Positions 1-10,499 of a stretch of 64,000 nt of DNA are shown here, one piece after another. The translations under genes were made by a program, and so were the position numbers. The notes under the pieces are model-generated. The model was not told the DNA's origin. It searched no databases and saw nothing but the letters and a program-made list of their open reading frames with translations. Position 1 is the first letter of the stretch. Every line of letters begins with the position of its first letter. The stretch covers positions 2,176,001-2,240,000 of the forward strand of contig OZ242296.1 of assembly GCA_965207735.1 (NCBI GenBank). The letters run 5' to 3'. The DNA is from Candidatus Versatilivorator sp. Its GTDB lineage: Bacteria; Acidobacteriota; Terriglobia; Versatilivoradales; Versatilivoraceae.

Positions 1-1157
1 GGTCGCCACCCCAGCAAGACGACCAGGGAGGGTGCTGGACTGGCACCCCCGGGAAAAAACAGATTTCCCTGGCTCTTCGTGGCCGTATCGGGACGGTTAG
101 CCCGGACCGAATGGCGACCACGGGACCGCTGAGCGAGCCGACCCGTCCGGTTTCCCCACAGGCGGCGAGACCTGCGGTCCCTGAGATGGAAATCCGTCCA
201 GGAGGCGTTTCCGGGTGCTCTGCTATGCCAGGGAGTGAGAAAGTCCAGCCTGCCCCCCGCAAAGCTCGCGGATTCAGGGGTCAGGACACGATCGAACGCC
301 ATGGCGGCCTCGGTGTCGTCATGGAGAAGATCGACCAATGGGAGCAGGAAGACCCGGCCTCCAACGGCCGCGACATGATCGACGATTTCCGCCTCCCGGG
401 GTCAAGGACGTGGCGTCGTATGGGTGGCCACCTTTCAGACGGGGGGTGGCTCACACAGGTGGCGCACCAAGTGGCTCACGCTTTGGACCACCCCAACGCT
501 CCACTCTCAGAGGGCGAAGCCCTCGCCGCCGTGGTCCAGGCTGTTCCCGGAAACCCGCATTGGACGCGGGTTGGCACGGATTTCCCAAATCCTATGGGGT
601 AAAGCCCCGTGGGGCGTCGGCATCGCGTGTCCGCCCCCTCGCCCGGCGCGTCGTGGGGCCGCACAGGAGGGGGGGAAGTGGAGGGAGCGACCCCCCTCCT
701 TTTGCCGCTGGTGCAGCACCGGGGAGTGTTCACCGGCGCGTACAGTGGCGCGCGGTGAACACTCCCCTGCGGGGGTCGCTCCCTCAACAGTGATCCCTGG
801 CGGGAAGGCCTCCAGCGCCTCCTCACCGAGCGGCACCTCAACGTCGGCTCCCGGCTGCGCGCCCTCGTCGATGAGGCCCTCGAAGAACAGAAGACCACAG
901 ATGGCCAGAGGCCGAGAAGGACAAGGCTGGAGGATGCTCACAACCCGATATCTCCGATCCGAAGCACGGACAGCCTACCACCCCGCTCGACGGTCTCCGA
1001 CGCAGAGTCTCGGGGGTTGAACATCGTAAGACCTGTCCACCAACGTCCTGAATAGTCCAGTGGATTCCCGTTCAAATAGAGGGATATAATGAGGGGATTA
1101 CAACAGGGCTAACCACAGTAAGTCTAATATAATGAACAGTTACAAGTTTTCTGATGT

Positions 1158-1250
1158 AGTCGCCGCCTACGCGGCTCGACACCCATACGCGACGTTTCCC
1201 ATGGGCTGACGCCCACGGCTAAGTGCTGCCGCGGCCTACTCGGCTCCACT
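1158..1250. repeat. REP-like repeat family D
   Basis: GTCGCCGCCTACGCGGCTCGAC...CCATGGGCTGACGCCCACGGCTA; same motif at 10500, 24060/25790, 31877, 37627-37990, 38185. Confidence 0.8.
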
Positions 1251-1287
1251 CGATTCTCTGACATTCACTCCCGGGACGCCGCGTTTG

Positions 1288-2390
1288 CCCCCCACCGCAT
1301 CAGCCTTCGCCATTCGGCTCGGCTTCTGCGACTCCCCCTCAAGGGGGGAGTGATACCGGGCACTAACCGGGACCGGCGTTGACACATTGGACCGGGAACA
1401 TGGTTTACATCCCGCCCGGGAAACGGGCAAGACGCCCCATGCAAGCCTCAAGTATCACTCCCCCCTTGAGGGGGAGTCGGAGAGACAAGGGCGCAGCCCG
1501 CAGTCGATCCGGAGGGGGGCAGACTCGGCGTCCCGAAAGTGGCAATCGGCAGTACTCGCAGAGCCACAAAGCGAGACGGACCTGCTTCAACGGCACGCGT
1601 TGCCCCAAAGCCGCGCCGGCGACCGCCCCCCACCGCATCAGCCTTCGCCATTCGGCTCGGCTTCTGCGACTCCCCCTCAAGGGGGGAGTGATATCGGGCA
1701 CTAACCGGGAACGGCGTTTACACTTTAGACCGGGAACATGGTTTACACCCTGCCCGGGAAACGGGCAAGGCGCCCCATGCAAGCCTCAAGTATCACTCCC
1801 CCCTTGAGGGGGAGTCGGAGAGACAAGGGCACAGCCCGCAGTCGATCCGGTGGGGGGCAGACTCGGCGTCCCGTAAAAGCCGATCAGCGGCACTCACAGA
1901 GCCACAAAGCGAGATGGACCTGCTTCAACGGCACGCGTCGCCCCAAAGCCGCGCCGGCGTCTGCCCCCCACCGCATCAGCCTTCGCCATTCGGCTCGACT
2001 TCTGCGACTCCCCCTCAAGGGGGGAGTGATACACGGGCACTAACCGGCAACGGCGTTTACACATTGGACCGGGAACATCGTTTACATCATGCCCGCGAAT
2101 CGGGCAAGGCGCCCCATGCAAGCCTCGAGTATCACTCCCCCTTGAGGGGGAGTCGGAGAGACAAGGGCACAGCCCGCAGTCGATCCGGTGGGGGGCCAAC
2201 GCGGCGTCCCGTAAAAGCCGATCAGCGGCACTCACAGAGCCACAAAGCGAGACGGACCTGCTTCAACGGCACGCGTTGCCCCAAAGCCGCGCCGGCGTCC
2301 GCCCCCCACCGCATCAGCCTTCGCCATTCGGCTCGGCTTCTGCGACTCCCCCTCAAGGGGGAAGTGATACACGGGCACTAACCGGGACGG
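1288..2390 (+). repeat. Tandem array of repeat family A, 338-bp period
   Basis: CACCGCATCAGCC recurs at 1293, 1631, 1969, 2307; each unit has two oppositely oriented ATCACTCCCCCCTTGAGGGGGAGTCG palindromes. Confidence 0.95.
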
Positions 2391-2394
2391 CACT

Positions 2395-2420
2395 CCCGGG
2401 AGCGCGGGCGTCCCGCCCGC
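2395..2420 (+). repeat. Single REP of family B
   Basis: CCCGGGAGCGCGGGCGTCCCGCCCGC matches the REP at the RAYT locus (50901). Confidence 0.75.
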
Positions 2421-2458
2421 CTCCTGTCCCGACCAACGCTATCGTCCCTCCCCCGCCG

Positions 2459-4774
2459 CTACCAGGCCAGGCGGAGGCCGCTGGTGATCATCCGGGGGGG
2501 GCCGATGCCCAACACCAAGGTGTTCGAGACCGGAATCCGGCGGTTGAGCAGGTTCTCCACGGCAAGGGTCAGAACCAGGTTGCGGTGCACCCTCTTGGAG
2601 ACCTGAAGGTCCAGCAGAGTGGTGTTGGCCAGCGGCCGGAGGTTGCGGTCGTCGTCAAACTGCAGCCCCAGGAAACGGGCCAGCAGGAAGGCGTTGAGGA
2701 CTCCGGGGCGTGCATAGCTCAGCGAGGCCGTGAGCCGGTGGCGGGGCACCTGGGGCAACCGGTTCGACTCCACCCCGGGGTTCTCCGGAAAGCGGCCGAA
2801 GGTGGAATCGGCCAGCAGGTAGCCTCCTCGCAGCCTCCAGTCCCGGTTCAACCGCAGCGTCAGATCCGCGTCCAGGCCCCGGGCGTTGACACGACCCACG
2901 TTCTGCCGCTGTCGGGTAATGAGCGCGGGGGTGGTCCCCAGGGTGATGTTGGAAATGGCCTGGCTCAGGTCGTTCCAGTAGGCCGTCAGCCGCCCTCTGA
3001 CCCGGGATCCGCCGTACCAGTCCACACCGGCCTCGGCGCCCCTGAGTGTTTCCGGTCGCAGGTTCTCGTTGGCCAGGGTCACCACGTTGCCCACCCGAAA
3101 TCCGCGGTAGAGCTCGTTGAGGGTGGGCGCCCGGAAGCTGCGGTAGACGGCTCCCCTGAAGGTGAGGGCCTCGGTGGCGTGATAGGAGACCCCGCCCCTG
3201 GGACTGAGCATGCCGCCCCCGCGCCGGGAAAACTCGAGGACGGTGGAGGTTCCGGACGGCAGCGGGACCTGATCGCGGGCGGCATCGTGGTTGAACCAAC
3301 CGTCCAGCCGGGCGCCGAGCTGCAGCTGCCAGCGGGATCCCAGGTCCACCAGGTCCTGGAAGTAGACCCCGCCCAGTTGCTGATGGCCACCCAGCACCTG
3401 AAACTGAGCCGGCATCCCCGAGCGGAAACCGGTCTCCCGGCTGTGGCCCCTCACCCATTGCCAATCCACTCCGGAAGTCATCAGGTGGCGCTGTCCCAGC
3501 AGGCCCGTCCACTGCAGGGAACCGCCGGCGCTGCGGGCCGGCACCTGCTGTTCGCGGGTCAGGAACTCCGAGCGCCGGTGGGAAGGAACGGCGGTAAAGC
3601 TGCTGTCGAAGGTCTGGGTCAGGCCGTAGGCGCTGAGCTGCCACTCCCTCCCCCGGTCGTCTTTCCGTCGGTAGAGACCCCGAACCCGGGTCACATCGGT
3701 GGCGTTCGCCCTCAGCGGGGTTCCGTTTCCCCGATCTTCGCCGAAGTGCTCCAACCGCAGCGTCGCCTGCCCCCCTCGGCCGGGTTGGTAGAACGCCGCC
3801 GCCCGGACCGAGTAGGCGCGGGAGTTGGCCGGCAGGTCCACCGGGCCGCGATCCTCCGGAGCCACCACCTGATATCCGCCGGTGCGAAAGAAAGAGCCGG
3901 AAACCAGACCGCTCCAGCGTTCTCCTCCAACCGAGCCCAGCAGGTCGGCCCGGGCCGTTCCCAGAGAGCCGCCCCGGAGGTCCAGCTCGAACCGCGGGAA
4001 CCGGGGCGCCTTGGAAAAGGCCTGGATCACGCCCCCCAGAGCGGAGCTCCCGTAGAGGCTGGAGCCACCCCCGGGGACCACCTCGATGCGTTCCAGGCTG
4101 CTCTTATCCAGCTGGCTCCAATAGACCCATCCTCCAAAGGGATCGTTGAGCGGTGTCCCGTCCCACAACACCAGCGTGCGGCTGACGCCGCTGGGTCCGA
4201 TCCCCCGCAGGGACACCCCCTGGCTGGTGGGATGGGCCACCAGGCTGCTGCTGCGCCGAAAGAGGCTGAAAGACGGAATCCGGCGCAAGAGGTCGTCGAC
4301 GGTGATTGCCGGGGATTGACCCAACTCCGGTTCTCCCAGCACCGTGACGGCCGAGGGAATGTTTCTCAAGGTGCGCGGGGTGCGGGTGGCGGTGACCGTC
4401 AGCGACTGCTCCACCCGCCGGGGAACCAGTGTGAAAGCGGTCTTCCAGTCGCCGAGGGGTTGAACCAGGTCCTCGAAGTCCGGATGACTCAGTCTCAGGG
4501 CCTGGGCCGCCGGAGAAACCGTCTCGAATTGGAAGCCGCCTTGGGGGCCGGTGGCGGTTTGCGCCAGCACACGCCCCTGCGCTGAAACCAGCATTACCCG
4601 GACTCCAACAATGGCCCTGAGGTCGGAATCCACGACCTGGGCGTGAAGGGGCGGCGGGGCGGCTGCTTCCGTGCCGGAATCGCCTTGGCTTTCGGCCAGG
4701 AGGCCGGCCGGGAAAGAGAGAGAAACCAGGAGCAGGGCTGAGGCGAGGCTGCAAGAGGTGGACAATGGAGGCAA
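2459..4774 (-). CDS. TonB-dependent receptor
   Basis: Signal peptide, TVTATR box, plug motifs (LRGIG, IEVVPGGGSSLYGSSALGGVI), FRAPTLNELY, ENLLNR, C-terminal W. Confidence 0.92.
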   Translation of the reverse strand: MPPLSTSCSLASALLLVSLSFPAGLLAESQGDSGTEAAAPPPLHAQVVDSDLRAIVGVRVMLVSAQGRVLAQTATGPQGGFQFETVSPAAQALRLSHPDFEDLVQPLGDWKTAFTLVPRRVEQSLTVTATRTPRTLRNIPSAVTVLGEPELGQSPAITVDDLLRRIPSFSLFRRSSSLVAHPTSQGVSLRGIGPSGVSRTLVLWDGTPLNDPFGGWVYWSQLDKSSLERIEVVPGGGSSLYGSSALGGVIQAFSKAPRFPRFELDLRGGSLGTARADLLGSVGGERWSGLVSGSFFRTGGYQVVAPEDRGPVDLPANSRAYSVRAAAFYQPGRGGQATLRLEHFGEDRGNGTPLRANATDVTRVRGLYRRKDDRGREWQLSAYGLTQTFDSSFTAVPSHRRSEFLTREQQVPARSAGGSLQWTGLLGQRHLMTSGVDWQWVRGHSRETGFRSGMPAQFQVLGGHQQLGGVYFQDLVDLGSRWQLQLGARLDGWFNHDAARDQVPLPSGTSTVLEFSRRGGGMLSPRGGVSYHATEALTFRGAVYRSFRAPTLNELYRGFRVGNVVTLANENLRPETLRGAEAGVDWYGGSRVRGRLTAYWNDLSQAISNITLGTTPALITRQRQNVGRVNARGLDADLTLRLNRDWRLRGGYLLADSTFGRFPENPGVESNRLPQVPRHRLTASLSYARPGVLNAFLLARFLGLQFDDDRNLRPLANTTLLDLQVSKRVHRNLVLTLAVENLLNRRIPVSNTLVLGIGPPRMITSGLRLAW

Positions 4775-4847
4775 CCGTTACGGTCTTGCCGGGATGACCG
4801 GCTCCCGGGGCGGGTGGCCGCCCAGGCGGGACGGCGAGGGGACAGCC

Positions 4848-5090
4848 TTATTTCAATGAGGACAACTGCTCGTTGATGGCGGCCAGAGACGTTCCCAGCA
4901 GGTCCCTGTATCGGTCGTTGGCAGTGGCGTGCATTTCATTCAGGATGCGTGTCTTGGCCAACAGGAGGGAGTGGCGTTCTCGCGAGATTTCTCCAGCGGC
5001 TGTTCTCGAGGCTGCCTTGCCCTTCCGGAATTCGTCCCTGGCCTCTTCAATCTGAGCCTCAACCGCCTTGCTCTCCCATCCTCTAGCCAT
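4848..5090 (-). CDS. Small hypothetical protein (MARGWESK...)
   Basis: GAGGAAA RBS before ATG; helical composition. Confidence 0.7.
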   Translation of the reverse strand: MARGWESKAVEAQIEEARDEFRKGKAASRTAAGEISRERHSLLLAKTRILNEMHATANDRYRDLLGTSLAAINEQLSSLK

Positions 5091-5098
5091 CATTTTCC

Positions 5099-5491
5099 TC
5101 AATAGCCGAACGACCCCTGGATTCCCGACCATGCCACGCCGGTGGCTACCTCATGCAGCGCCGGAAATTTCTCTTTCAGCGCCGCACGGTCGATTTCCCG
5201 GGCTAAAAGGACCCCCTTGTCGTCATGCACCGTATATTTCGGAGAGCGTACTCCGCCATACACGCTGATCCGATGGCGACGTGTCCGCAGAACCAGAATC
5301 AGCCGGCTCTCATCGGCCCCGGGGCCGGGTTGGGCTACAGCCGTCTTGGAAGGACCCTTGGCGTCGGAAGAGACCGGCGGCGCCTCGGTTCCGGTGGATT
5401 CGGCCGGAGGGGCCGGTTCCGAGGTCGACACGGCCACCATCAGGAGCAGCAACCCCAGCAGGGGTAGCATCTTCTTTGCTTTCACCATCAT
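5099..5491 (-). CDS. Hypothetical secreted protein
   Basis: GGGGAG RBS; basic plus hydrophobic signal peptide, Pro/Ser linker. Confidence 0.6.
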   Translation of the reverse strand: MMVKAKKMLPLLGLLLLMVAVSTSEPAPPAESTGTEAPPVSSDAKGPSKTAVAQPGPGADESRLILVLRTRRHRISVYGGVRSPKYTVHDDKGVLLAREIDRAALKEKFPALHEVATGVAWSGIQGSFGY

Positions 5492-5605
5492 ATTGAACTC
5501 CCCCGTTGACGAAATTCGGCTGGTGTCCTTGGGTCCCATTATAGCGCAGCCGCTTCCGGGCAATGTGATAATGTTCTACCCATTTGGCGGAGACAGGGAC
5601 AGGCT

Positions 5606-6379
5606 ATGCGCGACTATCCGGCGGTTGCCGTGGAAGCGGCCAGGCTGGGCGGAGACATCCTGCGGGAACATTACCGGCGGGTGAAGACGATCGAGTTCAA
5701 GGGCGAAGCCGACCTGGTCACCGAAGTCGACAGGCAATCGGAAAAGGAGATCGTCGATCTGCTTGCCTCACGTTTCCCCCACCACTCCATCCTGGCCGAA
5801 GAGGGCACCGCCACTGAGAAGAGCTCGGAGTTCAAGTGGGTCATCGACCCGCTGGACGGCACCACCAACTACGCCCACGGATACCCGGTCTTCTGCACTT
5901 CGGTAGCCCTGGAGCAGAACGAAGACATCCTGGCGGCCGCCGTCTATCAACCCATGACCGACGAATTGTTCGTGGCCGAACGGGGCGGCGGAGCCTTTCG
6001 AAACGGGAGGAGGATCGAAGTGTCCCAAGTGGCGGAGCTGAAGGGGGCTCTGCTGGCTACCGGGTTTCCACCCCAGGTGCGGCAGAGCCCGGAGCAGGCC
6101 CTGAGACATTTTTCCGCCTTTGTGAGCCGAGCCCAGTCCATCCGGCGGGACGGCTCGGCGGCCCTCAACCTGTGTTGCGTGGCCTCGGGGCTGTTCGACG
6201 GTTTTTGGGAAGTCCATCTGAAGCCCTGGGACACGGCCGCCGGCCTCCTGGTGGTCCGGGAAGCCGGCGGCCTGGTGAGCCGGTTCAGCGGCCGCGACTA
6301 TTCCATCTACCAACCGCAGACGCTGGCGACCAACGGCCTGATTCATGAAGAGATGCAGCAGGTGCTGGGGGAGCTGTGA
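5606..6379 (+). CDS. suhB: Inositol monophosphatase family protein
   Basis: DLVTEVD, EE, WVIDPLDGTTNYAHG, GSAAL, KPWDTAAG motifs. Confidence 0.93.
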   Translation: MRDYPAVAVEAARLGGDILREHYRRVKTIEFKGEADLVTEVDRQSEKEIVDLLASRFPHHSILAEEGTATEKSSEFKWVIDPLDGTTNYAHGYPVFCTSVALEQNEDILAAAVYQPMTDELFVAERGGGAFRNGRRIEVSQVAELKGALLATGFPPQVRQSPEQALRHFSAFVSRAQSIRRDGSAALNLCCVASGLFDGFWEVHLKPWDTAAGLLVVREAGGLVSRFSGRDYSIYQPQTLATNGLIHEEMQQVLGEL

Positions 6380-7437
6380 TCATATGGATCCGCCGGCTTG
6401 GCCTCGCCGCCGCCATCACCCTGCTGGCCGCATCGACATCCCGGGCCCACACCACCGGAGTCAGCTACTCCGACATCCGGGTCGAGGGACGGACGGCTGA
6501 ACTGCGGCTGCGGATCAATCTGCGGGACCTGGACTTCGTGGACCAACTGGACCTCGACCGGGACCGCCTCATCTCCCAGGAAGAGGTCAGCCGGGCGCTT
6601 CCCCGCCATCTTCCACGCCTGATGGACAACTATCGGATCGGGTCCGCCGAAGACGAGGGCCGCGCCGAGCTGGTCTACTGGCGCCAGGGTCCCGGTCCGG
6701 GCGAACTGGAATGCCGGGTCCAATACCACTTCGGGGACGAGGTCCAGCGCTTGCAGTTTACGGTGACCCTGCCGAGCCTCACCGACTCGGGCCACTGGAA
6801 CCTGGCCAGGGTGCGCCATCCCGGAGGTCTGGCCGACCTCAACTTCAACCTGGAGAACCCGACCGCCAGCCTGGAAGTAGGCCGGGGATGGAGGCTGCGG
6901 GCCGGCAGGATAGCGGGGGGGCTGGCCCTGGGCGCCAGACAGGCGGCCACCTCTCTCATTCTCATCGGGTTCCTCCTGGGGTTGCTGTTGACGGTCCCCG
7001 GCCCGGACGGCGCCGCCCGGGTGGCGGGAGCCTTCCTGGCCGTTCAGGGACTGATGGTCCTGCTGGCTGTCCTGGTACCGATCCAGCTCCCCGCATCCTT
7101 TCTGGCATCGGCCACCGCTCTCAGCCTGGCCTACATCGCGGCCGAAAACCTGCTGGTGAAGGAGACCGCCAACCGCTGGGCCATCGGCGGCTGCTTCGGA
7201 CTGCTGTTCGGGGTCGACCTGGCCTCGGGGCTGCTTGCCCGTGGAGCCCAGGTTTCGGCCTGGGGGATCATGGGCTGGATCCTGGGGCTTACTTGCGCCC
7301 TGGCCCTGGCGGCGGCGCTGATTTTCCTGCTCAACCGAGCCTGCCGGACGCGGTCCTGGCACCCGTGGTATGTGCGGCTGGCCTCGGGGCTGCTGCTGGG
7401 AGCCGGTCTGATCGGCTTCTTCTACAGGGTTCTCTAA
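6376..7437 (+). CDS. HupE/UreJ-like membrane protein with N-terminal periplasmic domain
   Basis: Signal peptide ending in AH; TM domain with SLAYIAAENL and FGLLFG; overlaps upstream stop. Confidence 0.7.
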   Translation: MIIWIRRLGLAAAITLLAASTSRAHTTGVSYSDIRVEGRTAELRLRINLRDLDFVDQLDLDRDRLISQEEVSRALPRHLPRLMDNYRIGSAEDEGRAELVYWRQGPGPGELECRVQYHFGDEVQRLQFTVTLPSLTDSGHWNLARVRHPGGLADLNFNLENPTASLEVGRGWRLRAGRIAGGLALGARQAATSLILIGFLLGLLLTVPGPDGAARVAGAFLAVQGLMVLLAVLVPIQLPASFLASATALSLAYIAAENLLVKETANRWAIGGCFGLLFGVDLASGLLARGAQVSAWGIMGWILGLTCALALAAALIFLLNRACRTRSWHPWYVRLASGLLLGAGLIGFFYRVL

Positions 7438-7528
7438 AGCCCGCGGGGGAGCGCAAGGCCTGACCGCGGGCTTCAACGGCAATGGCATCCCGGAAGCGCA
7501 CCCATCTCCCGGAACACTGAACTGGAGG

Positions 7529-8587
7529 TTGTTTCCCATGAACACTCTTCGCTTGGCCTCGCGGCCGCCCATCGCCGCTTTCTGTTCCAGGCACCCTCGC
7601 CCGAGAGCCTGGAGACTCCTGATCCCCCTTGCCTTCGGACTGCAACTGGCCTGCTCGGGACGCGGGGGGCCGGAGGAGAATACCACCGACTCCTCCCAGC
7701 CTGGACAGGGCGGAGTGGTCCTGAAACAGGGCGACCGGCAGGTCGACATCCTGGTCGACGGCAAACCCTTCACCTCCTACCATTTCCAGGGCTACAACAA
7801 GCCCATCTTCTTCCCGCTGCGCTCGGCCACGGGGACAGTGGTCACGCGGGGCTTTCCCATGATCGAGGATATTCCAGGAGAGAGCCGCGACCACCGCCAC
7901 CACACCGGCGCCTGGTTCACCCACGGAGACGTCAACGGCGTGGATTTCTGGAGTGAGACGCCGGAATGCGGAACCATCCGCCACCAGGAATTCGAGCGGG
8001 TCGAGAGCGGGGCCGAGGTGGGCGTGCTCAGGTCCCGCAATCACTGGCTGACCCGCGAGGGAGAACTGGTGCTCACCGAGACCCGGGAGGTCCGAATTTA
8101 CAACCGGCCCGAATCCCGGGTCATGGACCTGGACGTGCAGCTCACGGCTGCCGGCGGACCGGTGAAGTTCGGCGACACCAAGGAGGGATCCTTCGGCATG
8201 CGGCTGGCCGAGCCCTTCACCGAGAAGGCAGGGCTGCTGATCCGGAATTCAGAGGGCGCCCGGGGCGAGGCCGGATGCTGGGGCAAGCCGGCCCGCTGGG
8301 TGGACTACACCACCCGGGTGGGTTCGGAGACCCTGGGAGTGGCCATTCTCGACCATCCCGGCAGCTTTCGCCATCCCACCCACTGGCATGCCCGGGGCTA
8401 TTCCCTGTTTGCCGCCAACCCCTTCGGGCTACACGATTTCTACGACGACGAGACCAGGGACGGCAGCCACCTGCTGCCCGAGGGAGAGACCCTGCGCTTC
8501 CACTACCGGGTCTACATCCACTCCGGCGACGCCGACCAGGCGGGAGTCGAGCAGGAGTTCCAGGCTTTTGCCGGGGAGGAGAATTAG
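7529..8587 (+). CDS. PmoA-like/DUF6807 family lipoprotein
   Basis: Lipobox LAC; DHRHHTGAWFTHGDVNGVDFW, FGDTKEG, WHARGY motifs. Confidence 0.75.
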   Translation: MFPMNTLRLASRPPIAAFCSRHPRPRAWRLLIPLAFGLQLACSGRGGPEENTTDSSQPGQGGVVLKQGDRQVDILVDGKPFTSYHFQGYNKPIFFPLRSATGTVVTRGFPMIEDIPGESRDHRHHTGAWFTHGDVNGVDFWSETPECGTIRHQEFERVESGAEVGVLRSRNHWLTREGELVLTETREVRIYNRPESRVMDLDVQLTAAGGPVKFGDTKEGSFGMRLAEPFTEKAGLLIRNSEGARGEAGCWGKPARWVDYTTRVGSETLGVAILDHPGSFRHPTHWHARGYSLFAANPFGLHDFYDDETRDGSHLLPEGETLRFHYRVYIHSGDADQAGVEQEFQAFAGEEN

Positions 8588-8593
8588 TCCCCA

Positions 8594-9391
8594 TCACCCT
8601 TCCAGCGCCAAACCGACCAGGCTCAGAAGGCACAGGGTGGTGTTGTAGGCCAGGTGCAGCAGGAAGGCCGGAAGGAGGGCGCCGGTCAGAGCTCGCGCCA
8701 GCGACAACGCCAGTCCGACCAGCAGGATCAGGCTGACGGCCATCCAGCTTCCCCAGAGCTGTGTGACGTGCAGGGAGGTGAACATCAGCGCCGTCAGCAG
8801 CACCGCGGCCACCGGCCCCCACCGCCGTTCCAGCACCGGAAAGATGAATCCGCGGAAGACTACCTCTTCCACCAGGGGCGCCACCGCAATGGCCGTCACG
8901 CCCAGGAACACGGCGGTTTGGGCGTGGCGCAGCAGCCCGGAGACGGGAAGATCCTCGATGCCGGGGATACGGCTGGAGAGAGCACCCATGACCAACGCCA
9001 GCAAGGCTCCCAACACCAGGAAGAGGCCGGGCGGGATCGATGTCGGACCCTTCCATTTGAGTGAGGACCAGAACGGGGACCGGTACTTCACGGTGACGGT
9101 GCGATAGATGAAAAACAGCACCAGCCCGTTCAGCAGGTTGGTCATCAGGATCTGAGCCATGCCCAGATAGACCGGGTCGGCGGTCAAGGCCGGCAGCCCC
9201 AGGTAGCGGGTGAGCAGGGACCCGGCGGCCTGGGCGGCCAGCATCAACACAATCAGGCCCAGGCAGAAGAAACCGGCCAACTCCAGCAGGTCGCGTCCGT
9301 TCCACACCGGGAAGGACACCGGCAAAGGGGTTCGAGACCCGGCAGATGGGCTCGGGGTCGTGAAGGGATCCTTGGACATGGTGTCGTCCAT
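8594..9391 (-). CDS. CPBP (CAAX/Abi) family intramembrane protease
   Basis: EEVVFRG, FTSLH, HLAYN motifs; multi-TM. Confidence 0.9.
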   Translation of the reverse strand: MDDTMSKDPFTTPSPSAGSRTPLPVSFPVWNGRDLLELAGFFCLGLIVLMLAAQAAGSLLTRYLGLPALTADPVYLGMAQILMTNLLNGLVLFFIYRTVTVKYRSPFWSSLKWKGPTSIPPGLFLVLGALLALVMGALSSRIPGIEDLPVSGLLRHAQTAVFLGVTAIAVAPLVEEVVFRGFIFPVLERRWGPVAAVLLTALMFTSLHVTQLWGSWMAVSLILLVGLALSLARALTGALLPAFLLHLAYNTTLCLLSLVGLALEG

Positions 9392-9455
9392 TAGGCAGGA
9401 ATCGGGAAGGTCGGGCCACCCGACAATGCTCGTCCGGAACGTGGACGGAGAGGAT

Positions 9456-10427
9456 CTATCCCTGGTCGCGCTCCACCAGCGCCGCGGCCAGCAGCGGGAT
9501 CATCAACTCGTGGTGGCCGGTGAGGGCGATTCCCTTCCCTGACCCCTGGGTGGGCCGCTGCACCACGTTCCGGGTCGGCCGGTAATGCTGCAGAAAGTCC
9601 AGGTTGACGGTGGTGAAGGCTTCCAGGGGATGCCCCAGGTTGCGCACCAGGTTGACTGCCTTGAGAAAGACCTCAGGCAGGATGACGGCGGAGCCGCAAT
9701 TGAGGTAGACCCCGCCGTCGTGCAAGTCGCGCGTGATGGAAGCCAACAGGCGAAAATCCCGCAAGGTTCCCTGGCCCAGAGCCTCCCCGTCCGCCGAGGG
9801 GTGGTAATGGGTGGTGTCGGTCCCCAGGGCCACATGCACGGTCACCGGAACCTTGCGCTGCAGGGCGCAGGCCAGCAGGCTGTGTCCGGCGTGGGGAAAG
9901 TCTGCCGGGCGGTCCTGAATCCACTCCCCCAGGGCTTGTCCCATGCCCTTGCCCTCGCCGGCTCCGCGGGCCACGGCCGCGTTCATCTCCCGGCCGGTCT
10001 CCTCGCTCACCCCGAATTCCCCTTCGGCCAGGTCCTTCTCCACCTCTTCGGAAGTGGCCCCCGCCAGGGCGATCTCGAAATCGTGGATGGCGGTGGCGCC
10101 GTTCATGGCCAGAGCCGAGACGAAACCCCGCTGCATCAGATCGACGATGACGGCATTGAGGCCGCACTTCACCACGTGCCCCCCCAATCCCCAGACCATG
10201 GCGCGTCCCTCTCGCCTGGCCCCCTCCAGGGCCTTTACCGCTTCCATAAAATCGGTTCCCGCCAGGATCCCGGGCAGCGACCGCATCCAGCCCTCAAGAC
10301 CCTCGCCCTTGCGGTAGGGGCGCGCGAAAGCCGCAAGATCCACCTTGCTGGGCCGCCCCTTGATGGAGCGGGTGCGCAGGGAGTCGGTCTCCAGGGGACG
10401 GTAAGGATAGAGTGACATGGCAGGCAT
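9456..10427 (-). CDS. Conserved protein, deoxyhypusine-synthase-like fold
   Basis: GGHVVKCG, NGATAIHDFE, GSAVILPEVFLKA, GHHE motifs; start uncertain (10418/10427). Confidence 0.65.
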   Translation of the reverse strand: MPAMSLYPYRPLETDSLRTRSIKGRPSKVDLAAFARPYRKGEGLEGWMRSLPGILAGTDFMEAVKALEGARREGRAMVWGLGGHVVKCGLNAVIVDLMQRGFVSALAMNGATAIHDFEIALAGATSEEVEKDLAEGEFGVSEETGREMNAAVARGAGEGKGMGQALGEWIQDRPADFPHAGHSLLACALQRKVPVTVHVALGTDTTHYHPSADGEALGQGTLRDFRLLASITRDLHDGGVYLNCGSAVILPEVFLKAVNLVRNLGHPLEAFTTVNLDFLQHYRPTRNVVQRPTQGSGKGIALTGHHELMIPLLAAALVERDQG

Positions 10428-10499
10428 TATCCGAAGGGCCCGTCCCGATTGCAACTCATTCTTTTGGGTTGCGCCGCGGGGGTGGGTGTTGGGCCGATT

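Noticed and set aside
1236-2381. Short ORFs in repeat arrays (also 25.8-26.8, 41.0-41.7, 46.6-47.5, 51.3-52.3, 62.5-64.0 kb)
   Set aside because: They are translations of palindromic repeats, open on both strands, with frameshifting differences between copies.
1288-2390. CRISPR array interpretation of family A (also B and C) arrays
   Set aside because: Spacers are repeated rather than unique, periods do not fit CRISPR repeat-spacer units, and there are no cas genes.
2276-4585. Long antisense ORFs (e.g. 2276-4585, 16928-19555, 29074-31476, 34678-36675, 56268-59576)
   Set aside because: Shadow ORFs opposite well-supported genes in high-GC DNA.
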